From positions 224,001 through 288,000 of the forward strand of contig OY969695.1 in NCBI GenBank assembly GCA_963701965.1: DNA of 64,000 nucleotides, in the 5' to 3' direction. Under the pieces are notes generated by a model that saw only the letters and a program-made list of their open reading frames with translations, made no database searches and was not told the DNA's origin. How positions within the stretch are numbered: position 1 is the first letter of the stretch; every line of letters begins with the position of its first letter. Positions 28,678 to 42,735 of this stretch are shown here, one piece after another. Source of the DNA: an uncultured Gemmatimonadales bacterium (lineage in GTDB: Bacteria > Gemmatimonadota > Gemmatimonadetes > Gemmatimonadales > Gemmatimonadaceae). The position numbers were made by a program, and so were the translations under genes.

Positions 28678-30556
28678 GTGCGCCCGGCACGGGCGCACTC
28701 TTGCGGGTGCAAGTCCCGCCGTAAGTTGATCACAGCGAACGAAGTGAAACGCAACTGCATGAGGGTGACCGAGTGTGGGGAGGAAGCGTGGATCGAAGCT
28801 GCGAGCCGATGAACAAGAACCGGATAGAAGGCGCTGCCAAGCAGGGCGAGCGGGCCATGAACCGCGAAGCTCTCGTGATCAAGGCGAGGTGGCGTAGATC
28901 CGGCGGTTGTGCAGCGAAGGAGTGCGTTCTTACCCGGGGAGATCTCGCCTTGCGCCTGAAAGGGCGACGGCCTATGCCGGAGCGAGAAGTCAGCAGAGGT
29001 CGTAGTAGTGCCGGTAGCCTGCCGCTGAGGCGAGAGTGAAAGCGCGAAGGGCCGAACGAGAGTAAGTGACCGAAGACATGGGGATGTCAGAAGGCCATGC
29101 GTCAGATGCCGGAGCAATCCGGGCGGGTGGGCGTAGCGCGCGGTGAAGCCGGGCGTGAAGCTGCCAGTGACGAAGCCTGCGGCCCGCCCAATGAGCACCC
29201 GGGCACGGGTCGGCAAGGCCGAAGGCGGGGGCTGGCACCCTGCTGGAGGCGGCGCTGACGAGAGAACCTGCAGGTGGCGTGGAAGCGGGTCAAGGCCAAC
29301 AAGGGCGCAGCAGGGGTGGACGGGCTCGACATCGAGCAGACGGCTCAAACGCTGGCGCACGAGGTGGCCGCAGATACGCGAAGCGTTGCTGGCGGGCAAG
29401 TACCGGCCTGAGCCGGTGCGAAGGGTGATGCTCCAAGCCGGACGGGAGCGAGCGCGAGCTGGGCATCCCCACGGTGCTGGATCGGCTGATCCAGCAGGCA
29501 CTGCTGCAAGTGCTGCAACCCTGATCGACCCCACCTTCAGCGAACACAGCCAGGGGTTTCGTCCGGGGCGGCGGGCGCACGACGCGGTCACGGCTGCGCG
29601 GGCGTACGTGCAAACGGGCAAGCGCGTGGTGGTGGACGTGGACCTGGCGAAGTTCTTCGACCGGGTCAACCACGACATCCTGATAGACCGGCTGCGCAAG
29701 CGCATCGACGATGCTGGAGTGATCCGGCTGGTGCGGGCGTACCTGAGCGCCGGGATCATGGATGGCGGGGTGGTGGTCGAGCGCCACATGGGCACGCCGC
29801 AAGGCGGGCCGCTGTCACCGTTGCTGGCCAACGTGTTGCTGGACGAAGTGGATAAGGTCTTGGAGGCGCGGGGCTACAGCTTCGCCCGCTATGCCGATGA
29901 CTGCAACGTCTATGTGGGCAGCATGAAGGCTGGGCAGCGGGTGATGGCGCTGCTGGGAGGGCTGTACGCCGGGCTCAAGCTTCAGATCAACGCAGTCAAG
30001 AGCGCGGTGGGCAGTGCATTGGGGCGCAAGTTCCTGGGCTACGCGCTGTGGGGGGCCGAGGGCCGGGAGGTCAAATGCGCCGTGGCCGCCAAGCCACTGC
30101 GGGACTTCAAGGCCCGTATCCGGCAGCTCACACGCCGCTCGGGCGGGCGCAGCATGGAGCAAGTGGTGCAGGGATTGCGGCCGTACCTGCTGGGCTGGAA
30201 GGCGTACTTCGGGCTGGCGCAAACACCCGAAGGTCTGGCGCGGGCTGGACGAGTGGCTGCGTCACCGATTGCGAGCGATCCAGCTCAGACACTGGAAGCG
30301 GCCGGCGACGATGTACCGCGAGCTCAAGGCACTTGGCGCGGGGGAAACGGTTGCGCAGGCGAGTGGCGGTCAACAGTCGCCGCTGGTGGCGTAACAGTGA
30401 TGGCCTGCTCAAGACCGTGCTGACCATTGCCTACTTCGACAGACTGGGCGTACCCAGGCTCTCATGACCTCAAGCTCTCGAACCGCCCGGTGCGGACCCG
30501 CATGCCGGGTGGTGTGGCAGGGGTGCCTCCTCTAATGGAGCGCCCCCTATGCCGAT
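28678..30556 (+). mobile_element. Group IIC intron
   Basis: 5' GTGCGCCCGGCACGGGCG after a terminator; domain V GAACCGCCCGGTGCGGACCCGCATGCCGGGTGGTG; 3' CTATGCCGAT. Confidence 0.93.
29078..30467 (+). CDS. ltrA: Group IIC intron RT/maturase (several frameshifts)
   Basis: [40 protein letters not shown]. Confidence 0.85.
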
Positions 30557-30585
30557 CCGATGAACCCGGCGCGACGTCGATCGGC

Positions 30586-31073
30586 TCAGGCGTGGGCGCC
30601 GTGGGCGTAGCCGAACGGCCGACTGCGTCGATACGTCGGTTCTTGCGCTCGGCCCAGGTCTGCGGCCCTTCGAGCTGCCAGCGCTCGACGCTCGCGACCA
30701 GCTCGTCCTTGGCCAGGCGTCGAAACGCCCGGCCCGCCGAGTCGCCGCGCCAGGCGGCAAAGCGCAGCCGCCAGGGCAGGGCGGCGACCGGCGCCGCGAC
30801 CCAGTAGACGCAGCGGCGCTCGTTCCAGAACGACATGCGCTCGAAGTTGACCCGCCCGGCGAAGCCGGTGTTGGGCTCGAACAGCGCGTAGCCCGCGTCG
30901 TCTGCGAGCTCGACCACGCTATGGGCGATGTCGCCAGGCGTATTGCCGAGGCCGCGGTAGACGAAGTAGACGCGGCGGATGCTCTCGGCCGGCAAACGGT
31001 CGACCTCGACCTCGTCGCGGTAGACGACGATGTCGTTGTGCTGCCAGAGGGTTCGCCAGGTCGTCGTCTTCAT
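30586..31073 (-). CDS. Hypothetical protein (3' end uncertain)
   Basis: [20 protein letters not shown]...; high-GC codon pattern. Confidence 0.6.
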
Positions 31074-31171
31074 GCCGCTCTCGCCGATCGTCTGTCGCAG
31101 GGGCCCGTCGCCGGGTCTGGCCGAGGATAGTCGCGGCGCCGGCTTTGATCTGTGACGATCGGCAAGCGTCG

Positions 31172-33142
31172 TTACGCGGGGCGCGGCGCGGCGTCGGCGG
31201 CGAGGTTGTCGATCGCCACCGGCTCGATCGCGCCGGCCGGCGTGAAGCCGAAGACGCGGCCGTAGAAGTAGAGCTCGGCCTCGAACGCGCGCCGGATCGT
31301 CGCCGCGCGGCGAAAGCCGTGCTGCTCGCCTTCGAACAGCAGGTACGCGACCGGCAGGCCCTTGGCGCGGACGGCGCGGTACATCGTCTCGGCCTGGCTC
31401 GGCGGCACCGCCTTGTCCTCGGCGCCCTGGAGGAGGATCAGCGCGCTCGTCATGCGCTCGGGGAAATGGATCGGCGAGCGCGCCCGGTAGACGTCGGCGC
31501 GCTGCCGGCCAGGGGCCGATCAGCGAGTCGAGATAGCGCGACTCGAACTTGTGCGTCTCGCGCGCCAGCGCCTCGAGGTCGCTGACGCCGAAGTGGCTCG
31601 CGCCGGCATGGAAGACGTCGCGGAAGGTCAGCGCCGCGAGCGTCGTGTAGCCGCCCGCGCTGCCGCCGCGGATCGCCAGGCGCGTGCCGTCGACATCGCC
31701 GCGCGCGACCAGGAAGCGCGCCGCGGCGACGACGTCGTCGACGTCGACGATGCCCCACTGGCCGGCGAGGCGTTCGCGGTAGGCGCGGCCGTAGCCGGTC
31801 GAGCCGCCGTAGTTGACGTCGACGACGGCAAAGCCGCGGCTGGTCCAGTACTGGCGCGCCAGCGCGAGCGCCGGGGTGGTCGCGCCGGTCGGTCCGCCGT
31901 GGCTCACGACCAGCAGCGGCGGCCGCGCCCCGGCCGGCCCGGTGAACGAGCGGTTGCGCGGCGGATAGTAGAAAGCGTGCGTGAGCGCGCCGCCGCTGCC
32001 GGGAACGCGATTGCCTCGGCGACCGAGACGTCGCCCGGGTCGAGCGCGATGTCGCTGGCGCGGCGCAGGACGCGCCAGGCGCCGCTCGCGAGGTCGAGGC
32101 GGACGATGGCTTCGACCTCGGTCTCGGCAGCGGCGATGCCGGCGACGAAGCCGTCGCCGACGCGCAGGTTCCTGATCGTGCAGAACGACGTCGCAAGCTC
32201 GCTGAAGACGTCGCCGTGCGCGGCGATCCGTGCCAGGTGCGAGCGGCCGTCCCGGTCGAAGACGCAGACGATGCTGGCGTCGGCGTCGAAGCCGTACATC
32301 GCCTGGCCGAAGACCCAATGCGGCTCGCCGAACTCGGCGTCTTCGGGATGGATCGCGTCGATCCGCCCGAGCGTTCGCGGTACAGGTTCCACCAGCCACT
32401 GCGGTCGGAGACGAAGTGCAGCTCGCCCGCGGGCGACCAGCGCGGCTCGCCGACCGACTCGTCGGCACCGCCCGCGACCCGGCGCGCGTCGCCTGGCACG
32501 CCGGCGGCGTCGAGCGCGGCGACCCAGAGCTCGCTTCCTTGCCACGGCATGCGCGGATGGTCCCAGCTGAGCCAGGCAAGGCGCGTCCCGTCGTCCGAGA
32601 GGCGCGGGCTCGAGAAGAAGTCGTGGCCGGACGCGAGCACCGTCTCGGCGCCGCTCGCCAGATCGATGGCGACGATCGCGTTCACCGCCTCGCTCGCGAC
32701 ACCGTGCTCTTCGCGGACGGCGATCAGGCGGCCGCGCGCGGCATCGACGACGAGGTCGGCGAAGCGCCGCTTCCCGGGCGCGGTGACCGGCTGCGGCAGC
32801 GTCGCTGCGGACGCGATAGACGCGTTGGTCGGCGTCATGGCAGAAGAAGAGCTCGCCGTCGGCCGCGACCGCGAAGGCGCCGCCGCCGTATTCGTGGACC
32901 CGCGTTCGTGCGTCGTAGGGCGCGGGATTGCGGTCGACGGCGCGGCCCGCACGGTCGCATTCGACGACGACGCTGCGGCCGCCTTCACCAGGGCGGCTTT
33001 CGCTCCAGTAGACGTTCTCGCCGACGACCGCGACCTGGCCGAAGCGGATCGTCGCCGCCGCGAGCAGCTCGGCGCCGAGCGGCGACGGCCAGCTGCCGAA
33101 CGATGCCTGCTGCTTGCCTTCGCCGCGTGCCGCTTCGGTCAC
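31172..33142 (-). CDS. S9 prolyl oligopeptidase family (frameshifted)
   Basis: [38 protein letters not shown]. Confidence 0.9.
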
Positions 33143-33149
33143 GGCACGC

Positions 33150-34870
33150 TCAGCACAGCGATCGCCGGGAACAGGGAGCGCCTGCTTTCCAGGCGACGGC
33201 GGCACGGGTCTTCATCTGGGTGTCCTCGAGGCGGTGGAAGTCGGGAACGGTCATCGTCGTCGGCTCGTCCGCCCGCGTCGACGCCTTGATCATCGCCGCC
33301 GCCTTCTCGGCGATCATGATCGTCGCCGCGTTGGTGTTGCCGCTGACGATCGTCGGCATGATCGACGCGTCGACGACGCGCAGGCCGTCGCTGCCGCGCA
33401 CGCGCAGCTCGTCGTCGACGACGTCGAGCGGGCCCTTGCCCATGCGACAGGTGCCGACCGGGTGATAGATCGTGTCGGCGTGGCCGCGGATGAAGCGCTC
33501 GATCTCGACGTCGCTTTGCGCCGTTGCCGAAGCCGCAAGCTCGCGCGCGCCGTGCCCGGCGAGCGCCGGCTGCGCGAGGATGTGGCGCATCGCCTTGAAG
33601 CCGCGCACCAGACGGTCGACGTCGTCGCGCTCGGCGAGGAAGGCCGGATCGATCCGCGGCGCCGCGAACGGATCGGCGCTCGCCAGCTCGACCTGGCCGC
33701 GGCTCTTCGGCCGCATCAGGCAGACGTGGCATGAGTAGCCGTGGCCGAAGACGGTCTTGCGGCCATGGTCGAGCAGCTTGGCGACGATGAAGTGCAGTTG
33801 CAGGTCGGGCCGCGTCTCTTCCGGCCGGCTGCGCAGGAACGCTCCGCCTTCGGCGTAGTTGGTGGTGAGCGGGCCGCGCCGATGGCGGCGCCATTCGAGC
33901 ACCGCCTTCAGCAGCGAGACCGCGCCGGACAGCGACAGGCCGAACAGATCCTTGAGGTGCGGCGCATCGAGCACGGCGACGACGTCGATGTGATCGTGCA
34001 GATGGCGGCCGACGCCGGGCAGATCGATCCGGGTCGTGATGCCGTGTCGGCGCAGGTGCTCGCCCGGGCCGATGCCCGACAGCATCAGCACCTGCGGCGA
34101 CTGCAACGCGCCCGCGCAGACGACGACCTCGCGGCGGGCACGAAACGCCTGCAGCTCGCCGCCGACGCTGCGCTTCGACCGCGACCGCGCGCCGGCCTTC
34201 GAGCAGCACGCGGGTCGTGTGCGCGCCGGTGACGATGACGAGGTTGGGCCGATCGAGGTTCGGCGCGAGATAGGCCTTGGCGGCGCTGCAGCGCTCGCCG
34301 TTCTTCTGCGTCACCTGGATACAGGCCGGCGCCTTCCTGATGCGCGCCGTTGAAGTCGCGATTGGCGGCGAGGCCGGCCTGCACCGCGGCTTCGACGAAC
34401 AGCCGGCCGAAGCGATGCGGGCTCGCCAGGTCCATCACGTTGAGCGGGCCGGCGCCGCCATGAAACGCGTCGGCGCCGCGCTCGTTGTGCTCGGCGTGCT
34501 TGAAGTAGGGCAGCACGTCGGCCCAGCCCCAGCCGCTGTTGCCTTCGGCCGCCCAGCCGTCGTAGTCCTCGCGCTGGCCGCGGACATAGATCATGGCGTT
34601 GATCGAGCTCGAGCCGCCGAGCACCTTGCCGCGCGGCTGGTAGCCGCGGCGGCCGTTCAGGCCGGCCTGCGGAACGGTCTCGAAGTCCCAGTTGGCGCCG
34701 CCGGTCCGGCCGAGCAGCGGAAAGCCCGCCGGGCAATGGATCAGCACGCTCTTGTCGACCGGCCCGGCCTCGAGCAGGCAGACGCGAACGAACGGGTTCT
34801 CGCTCAGCCGCGCCGCGAGCACGCAGCCGGCGGATCCGCCGCCGACCACGACGTAGTCGAAGTCGCCCAT
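33150..34870 (-). CDS. GMC oxidoreductase (frameshifted; true stop uncertain)
   Basis: DYVVVGGGSAG, RGKVLGGSSSINAMIY, YHPVGTCRMG, GNTNA. Confidence 0.92.
33174..33215 (-). pseudogene. 14-codon remnant of S-(hydroxymethyl)glutathione dehydrogenase
   Basis: GAGG RBS then MKTRAAVAWKAGAP. Confidence 0.65.
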
Positions 34871-34944
34871 GCGGCTGGTCGTCGACAGTGCCATCGCGGC
34901 GATTGTGCCGTCGCTGAGGCAGGCGCTCGGTCTTGCGAACCGAA

Positions 34945-36514
34945 CTACAGCAGCTGCTCGGGAACGAACCAGCCGAGCAGCATGTTGTGCACGCGCAGCC
35001 AGAGACTCGACTCGGGCTCGACCCCGAGGATGACTTCCTTGTCGTCGTCGAGCGTGAGCCACTCGAGCTGGTTCGTCTTCGGATCGAGGCGCAGCCGGTA
35101 GGCGCCCTCGAGCTTGCTGATGTTGATGACGCGCAGCAGCTCCTTGGCCAGCGCCGGGCTCTCGATGAACATGCCGAACTCGGTGTTGGTGCTGGCCGAG
35201 CGCGGGTCGAGGTTCATCGAGCCGATGAAGATTGTCTTCTTGTCGATCACCGCCGTCTTCGCGTGGAGCCGCCCGAGCGAGGCGCCGAACATGCCGAGCC
35301 GCTTGGTCTGCTGGGTGCGCGTCGGGCTCAGCTCGTAGAGGTCGACGCCGGCCTGGAGCATGGCCGTGCGATAGTGCGAATAGCCGTTGTGGACGAGCGG
35401 CTCGTCGGTCGCGGCGAGCGAGTTCGTGATCACCGTGACCTTGACCTTCTCCTTCTCGAGGTTGCGAAACGACTCCATCCCCTTTTCGCCCGGAATCATG
35501 TACGGCGAGGTCAGGACCAGGTCGCTCCTGGCCTGCCAGACCTGCATCATCACGTCGTTGGTGACGCTCATCTCGAACGCGACCTTGGGCGACATCGCGA
35601 GCAGCTTTTCGGGCGGGTCGGAGAAGGCGCGGGCGATGCCCCACTCGAGGCCGATCTGGCCGGCATCGAGCTCTTCGACGAGCGGGCCGTAGCCGAGCAG
35701 GTCGGTCGCGGGCGGATTGGTCGGCGGCGATGGCGGCAGGCTCGCGATCAGCGCGTCGAACGCCTTGGCGCGCGCCGGCCGGTCGCCGAGCGGCTCGCCG
35801 ACCGCTTCGATCGGGTAGACGACCTCGCTGTTCCAGTAGCGGTCGAAGATGGCCGACATCGAACTTCACCACCGCGCCCATGACGAACGCGTCCATGTCG
35901 ACGAAGTTGGCGTTCATCGCGCGCAGGAAGTACTCGTCGGCGATGTTGCGCCCGCCGGCCACCGCCATCACGCCGTCGGCGATGAAGAGCTTGTTGTGCA
36001 TGCGGTGGTTGAGCCGGCCGAAGTCGAAGATCGACGCGGTGTAGCGGGCGCCGACGCCGCTGCCGCGGGCACAGCAGAACGGATTGAAGAGGCGCACCTC
36101 GATGTTCGGGAACGACGCCAGGCCGCGCAGCAGCGGGTCGGAGTGGGTCGTGTAGAGGTCGTCGACCAGCAGGCGGACGCGAACGCCGCGCACGCTCGCA
36201 TCGCGCAGCGCCGTCATCAGGAGCCGGCCGGTCGGGTCGTCCTCGAGCACGTAGTACTGGACGTCGAGCGAGCTCGTCGCGCGCTGGGCCAGCTGGATCC
36301 GGGTGTCGAGCGAGTAGGCGCCGAGCGGCAACAGGCGCACGCCGGTCTGCTCGGGCGAGGGGATCGAGCTCGCCGCGATCTTGACCAGCGGGCTTTCGGG
36401 ATTGGGCGGCAGCGCGCTCGAGTCGGTCTTGCCGACGTTGGTCGGCAGCGAGCCGCAGCCGGCGAGAAGCGCGCCGGCGAGGCCGAGCAACGAGCGCCGC
36501 CGCACGGCCGGCAA
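34945..36514 (-). CDS. Phospholipase D family lipoprotein (frameshifted)
   Basis: HNKLFIAD and HAKTAVID HKD motifs; LAGC lipobox. Confidence 0.9.
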
Positions 36515-36624
36515 GGCTCCTCTTGCCGCGCCGCCGATCCGCTGCAGCCGGCTCGTCGTACGCCGCGAGGCGAGTGCCTTTCTCGTAAGATGAAGAGCGC
36601 GGCAGCGACCGACCGGAGCCCGTC

Positions 36625-37164
36625 ATGAAGAAACTTCTCGCGTTCATGGTGCTGATGCTCACGTTGGCGACATCGTCATACGCAGCACTCGACGTCGGAG
36701 ATGCGGCGCCAAACTTTACAGCGACGGCCGCGCTCGACGGCAAGCAGTTCAAGTTCACGCTCGCCGATTCGCTGGCCAAGGGACCGGTGGTCCTGTACTT
36801 TTTTCCGGCGGCGTTCTCGGTCGGCTGCTCGATCGAGGCGCACGAGTTCGCCGAGGCGATGTCGAAGTACGAGGCGCTCGGCGCGACCGTGATCGGCGTC
36901 TCGTCGGACGACATCGACACGCTCGGCAAGTTCTCGGTCCAGGCCTGCCAGGGCAAGTTCCCGGTCGCCTCCGACAACAGCCAGGTCGTGATGAAGTCGT
37001 ACGACGCGGTGATGACGACGCGCCCCGACTACGCCAACCGCGTCTCGTACGTCATCGCCCCCAACGGCAAGGTGGTCTACAACTACCAGAGCCTGAATCC
37101 GAGCCGGCACGTCGAGAAGACGCTGGCCGCGCTCAAGGACTGGGTGCAGACCAAGGCGAAGTAG
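36625..37164 (+). CDS. Peroxiredoxin (BCP-like)
   Basis: VVLYFFPAAFSVGCSIEA. Confidence 0.9.
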   Translation: MKKLLAFMVLMLTLATSSYAALDVGDAAPNFTATAALDGKQFKFTLADSLAKGPVVLYFFPAAFSVGCSIEAHEFAEAMSKYEALGATVIGVSSDDIDTLGKFSVQACQGKFPVASDNSQVVMKSYDAVMTTRPDYANRVSYVIAPNGKVVYNYQSLNPSRHVEKTLAALKDWVQTKAK

Positions 37165-37190
37165 CGGCTGAGCGGTGCGCGCGTGTCGCG

Positions 37191-38504
37191 TCAGCGCCCG
37201 GTCGCGGTGACGCGCCAGACGACGTTGCCGACATCGTCGGCGACCAGCAGCGCGCCGCTCTTGTCGATCGCCACGCCCACCGGCCGGCCCTTGGCGTCGC
37301 CGTTGGCGTCGAGGAAGCCGGTGAGCACGTCGATCGGCATGCCCGACGGCTTGCCGTCGGCGAACGGCACGAACACGACCTTGTAGCCGCTCGGCGGGTT
37401 GCGGTTCCACGAGCCGTGCTGGCCGACGAACATGCCGTTCGTGAACGGCGCCGGCAAGGTGGCGCCGGTCGATGCGACGAGGCCGAGCGAGGCCGTGTGC
37501 GGGCCGAGCGCGTAGTCGGGCGCGACCGCCTTGGCGACGAGGTCGGGACGCTGCGGCTGCGCCCGATCGTCGACGTGCTGGCCGTAGTAGCTGTAGGGCC
37601 AGCCGTAGAAGGCGCCGTCGTGGACGGAGGTGAGGTAGTCGGGGACGAGGTCGCTGCCGAGCTCGTCGCGCTCGTTGGCGACCGTCCAGAGCGTGCCGTC
37701 GCTGCCCCAGGCCATGCCGTTCGGGTTGCGCAGGCCGGTGGCGAAGAGATGGCTCGCGCCGCTCTTGCGGTCGATCTCCCAGATCGCGGCGCGGCCCTCC
37801 TCGGCGGCCATGCCGTTCTCGGCGACGTTGCTGTTCGAGCCGACCGTCGCGTAGAGCTTGGCGCCGTCGGCGCTGGCGATCACGTTCTTGGTCCAGTGGT
37901 GGTTGATGGGTCCCGCGGGCAGGGGAGCGACGGTCGTCGGCGCCGCGTCGATATGGGTCGCGCCCTCGCTGTAGGGGTAGCGCACCACGCCGTCCGAGTT
38001 GGCGACGTAGAAGTCGTTGCCGACCAGCGTCATGCCGAACGGCGAGTGCAGGTGCTCGACGAAGACGCTGCGCGACTCGGCCGTGCCGTCGCCCTTGACG
38101 CCGCGCAGCAGCGTGATCCGGTCGGCGCTCGGCGTGCCGGCGCCGGCGCGCTTCATCAGCTGCTTCATCAACCAGCCCTTGACGCCCTTGTCGTCTTCCG
38201 GCTTGGGCGGTGCGTTGGTCTCGGCGACGAGCACGTCGCCGTTGGGCAGCACCGTGAGCCAGCGCGGATGATCGAGGCCGGTCGCGTAGGCGGTGACCGT
38301 GAGGCCGGTCGCGGCCACGGGCTTGTCGCCGTCGGGCCAGCCCTTGGCCAGGGCGACGTGGACGGTCGGGATCAAGGTCTTGTGCGGCTCGGGCAGCGCC
38401 GGATGCGGTCCCATGCCGGCGCTGTCGGGCAGGGTGGCGACGTCGCCGCAGGCGGCGACCGCGGCCACCGCGACGGCAAGCGGAACGAAGCGAAAGGAGC
38501 GCAT
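37191..38504 (-). CDS. Sorbosone dehydrogenase family protein
   Basis: [34 protein letters not shown]. Confidence 0.92.
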   Translation of the reverse strand: MRSFRFVPLAVAVAAVAACGDVATLPDSAGMGPHPALPEPHKTLIPTVHVALAKGWPDGDKPVAATGLTVTAYATGLDHPRWLTVLPNGDVLVAETNAPPKPEDDKGVKGWLMKQLMKRAGAGTPSADRITLLRGVKGDGTAESRSVFVEHLHSPFGMTLVGNDFYVANSDGVVRYPYSEGATHIDAAPTTVAPLPAGPINHHWTKNVIASADGAKLYATVGSNSNVAENGMAAEEGRAAIWEIDRKSGASHLFATGLRNPNGMAWGSDGTLWTVANERDELGSDLVPDYLTSVHDGAFYGWPYSYYGQHVDDRAQPQRPDLVAKAVAPDYALGPHTASLGLVASTGATLPAPFTNGMFVGQHGSWNRNPPSGYKVVFVPFADGKPSGMPIDVLTGFLDANGDAKGRPVGVAIDKSGALLVADDVGNVVWRVTATGR

Positions 38505-38724
38505 GGCAAGGTCGGCGGAGAAGCAACCCGACGAATGTGGACGACGCTGCTGCGCCGACCTGTAGGTTGCTACCGCATCCCGCTGTCAGGCACGCACGAT
38601 GCTTCGGGCGCACGCGGGATGTCGTGCCTCGCCAACAGTGCACGGTTTCGCGGCCTCGGGCAGGCGGGCGGCGCGCACCGGTTGCGTAGCTGCTGTCACA
38701 CTGGGCCGATTCAGGGAGGTCGCC

Positions 38725-38922
38725 ATGCCCAGGAAACTACCCGCCCGCCTCGCGCGGCCGCTCAAGCTCTACGCCACCGGCCACGCCACGCTCCTGGTCG
38801 GCGCCTGGGCGATGAGCGCCACCGGATCGATGCTGCCGATGGCGCTCGCCGCCTCGGCGTGCCTGATGCTCACCGTTCCGCTGGTGCGCCATTTCCTCAC
38901 GCCGGCAGACGCCCGGCGCTGA
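38725..38922 (+). CDS. Small membrane protein
   Basis: GGAGGT RBS; two hydrophobic segments. Confidence 0.5.
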   Translation: MPRKLPARLARPLKLYATGHATLLVGAWAMSATGSMLPMALAASACLMLTVPLVRHFLTPADARR

Positions 38923-39070
38923 TCGGCTCGCTCCGAGCGCGGCGCTGTAGGAGCGCGCCGACGGTCGACTCGCCGCCCAGACGACTCGCGCGGGCGGTCG
39001 CTTCCGCTTCGCTGCGATCCCGCGCCGCTTCATCCTTCACCGTGGTTCAACCCAACCAGGAGTGACGCAG

Positions 39071-39607
39071 ATGAACAGCAACGGACCCGTGCTCACCGGT
39101 CTCTTCCGCGATCGCGACAGCGCCGAGCGCGCCTATCAGTCGATCTCGGACCGCGGCTACCACCGTGACGACGTCAATGTCGTCATGTCCGACGACACCC
39201 GCAAGCGCCACTTCTCGGGCACCACCAGCGGTCGCGAGACCGAGCTCGGCTCCAAGGCGGCCGAGGGCGCGGGAATCGGCGGCGCGATCGGCGGCAGCCT
39301 GGGTGCGATCGCCGCGGCGATCGCTGCGGTCGGAACGACCATCGCCCTGCCGGGCCTCGGTCTGGTCATCGCCGGTCCGCTGGCCGCGGCGATTGCCGGT
39401 GCCGGCGCCGGCGCCGCGACCGGCGGCATCGTCGGCGCGCTGATCGGCTGGGGCATTCCGGAAGAGCGCGTCAAGGAATACGACAAGGGGATCCGCGAAG
39501 GCGGCATCCTGATGGCCGTCCGCCCGCGCAACGACGAGGACGCGAGCTTACTTCGAGAACTCATGGAAGTCGAACCGCGGCGAGCACGTCTACCGCTGAC
39601 CCGCTGA
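39071..39607 (+). CDS. General-stress-like glycine-zipper protein
   Basis: GLFRDRDSAERA, GPLAAA, GALIGWGIPEE. Confidence 0.75.
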   Translation: MNSNGPVLTGLFRDRDSAERAYQSISDRGYHRDDVNVVMSDDTRKRHFSGTTSGRETELGSKAAEGAGIGGAIGGSLGAIAAAIAAVGTTIALPGLGLVIAGPLAAAIAGAGAGAATGGIVGALIGWGIPEERVKEYDKGIREGGILMAVRPRNDEDASLLRELMEVEPRRARLPLTR

Positions 39608-39655
39608 ACGCCCGACGCCGCCGCCTGCGCAAGCATCGCGGCGGCGTTGTCGCGC

Positions 39656-40093
39656 TCAGGGCGGATTGATTCCGAGCAGCTCGATCTCGAAGCGCAGCGT
39701 CGCGTTTGGCGGTATCACCCCGCCCGGCGCCGCGCGTGCCATAGGCCAGGTCGGGCGGGCAGACGAGCTCGGCCTTGCCGCCGACCTTCATCCGCTGCAC
39801 GCCCTCGGTCCAGCACTTGATGACCCGGTTGAGCGGGAAGACCGCCGGGGCGTTGCGTGAATACGAGCTGTCGAACTCGCTGCCGTCGAGCAGCGTGCCG
39901 CGATAGTGGACCTTGACGGTGTCGGCTCGCGGTCGGGCTCGGGCCGGCGCCTTCGCGCAGCGACTTGTAGACCAGGCCGGATGACGCCGTGATCGCGGCG
40001 CTGGCTGGTTGCGCGACGACGTCGGCCGTGCCAGGCGAGCGCGACGAGCACGAATGGAAGAGCGGCGAGCGTTCGGGACAGGGTCGGCGTCAT
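39656..40093 (-). CDS. FKBP-type peptidyl-prolyl isomerase (frameshifted)
   Basis: VKVHYRGTL.DG.EFDSSY, MKVGGKA.L..PP.LAYG, IPPNATLRFEIELL. Confidence 0.88.
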
Positions 40094-40167
40094 GGCCTCA
40101 TTCTGGCCCATGCGCACGCCGTCTTCGGCTGCGGTACAACAGCCGCTTGCAACCACGGAGACGGCCC

Positions 40168-40765
40168 ATGAGAAGAAGCCTGCTGGTCATGCTGGCCTTT
40201 TGCTCGGCGGCAGCGCTCGCCCAGCCGGCGGCGCCGACGATGCGCGTGCGCGGCGACAGTCCTGAAGGTCGACGCCGCCTCGCTCGTCGTCAGGGATCGC
40301 ATCGGCGAGACCACGACCTTCGCGCTGGCCGACAACTTCTCGGTCAGCGAGGTGCTGCCGATCGACCCGACCGCGATCCAGCAAGGCAGCTTCGTCGGCA
40401 TCGCATCGCTTCCCGAACCCGACGGCAAGCTCGCCGCGCTCGAGGTGCTGGTGTTCGCCGAGAGCATGCGCGGCACCGGCGAAGGCCATTCGCCATGGGA
40501 TCTGCAGCCTGGCTCGCAGATGACCAACGCGACCGTCGCGGCGGTCGCCCCCGGCACCAAGGGACGGACGATGACGCTGCGCTACAAGGACGGCGAGAAG
40601 TCGATCTTCGTTCCCGACGGCGTTCCGGTCGTGACGCTGAAGCCGGGCGACCGATCGCTGCTCGTGCCCGGCGCCAAGGTGATCGTCACGGCCCAGGTCA
40701 GGAACGGCCAACCCACGGCGCTGCGCGTCACCGCCGGCCGCAACGGCTTCGAGCCGCCGATGTAA
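40168..40765 (+). CDS. Conserved secreted hypothetical protein (frameshifted)
   Basis: Signal peptide; RGTGEGHSPWDLQPGSQMTNATV. Confidence 0.75.
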
Positions 40766-40892
40766 GGCGATTCGTCAGAACGTGACCGCCACCCTCGGCG
40801 TGAGCATGACGTCGGGGGAGGTCGAAACTTCGAAGCGTCGATGGGCGGCGCGCTGACCGATGCACTGCGCCGGAAGACAGGCCTGACCCGTC

Positions 40893-42698
<1,806 letters not shown>

Positions 42699-42735
42699 GG
42701 GATCCTGATGGCGAGCGGCAGATTCTAGGAGGCCG

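Noticed and set aside
22367..30467. Reverse transcriptases as retron, DGR or defence RTs
   Set aside because: Both lie within group II intron RNA boundaries (GTGCG start, domains V/VI)
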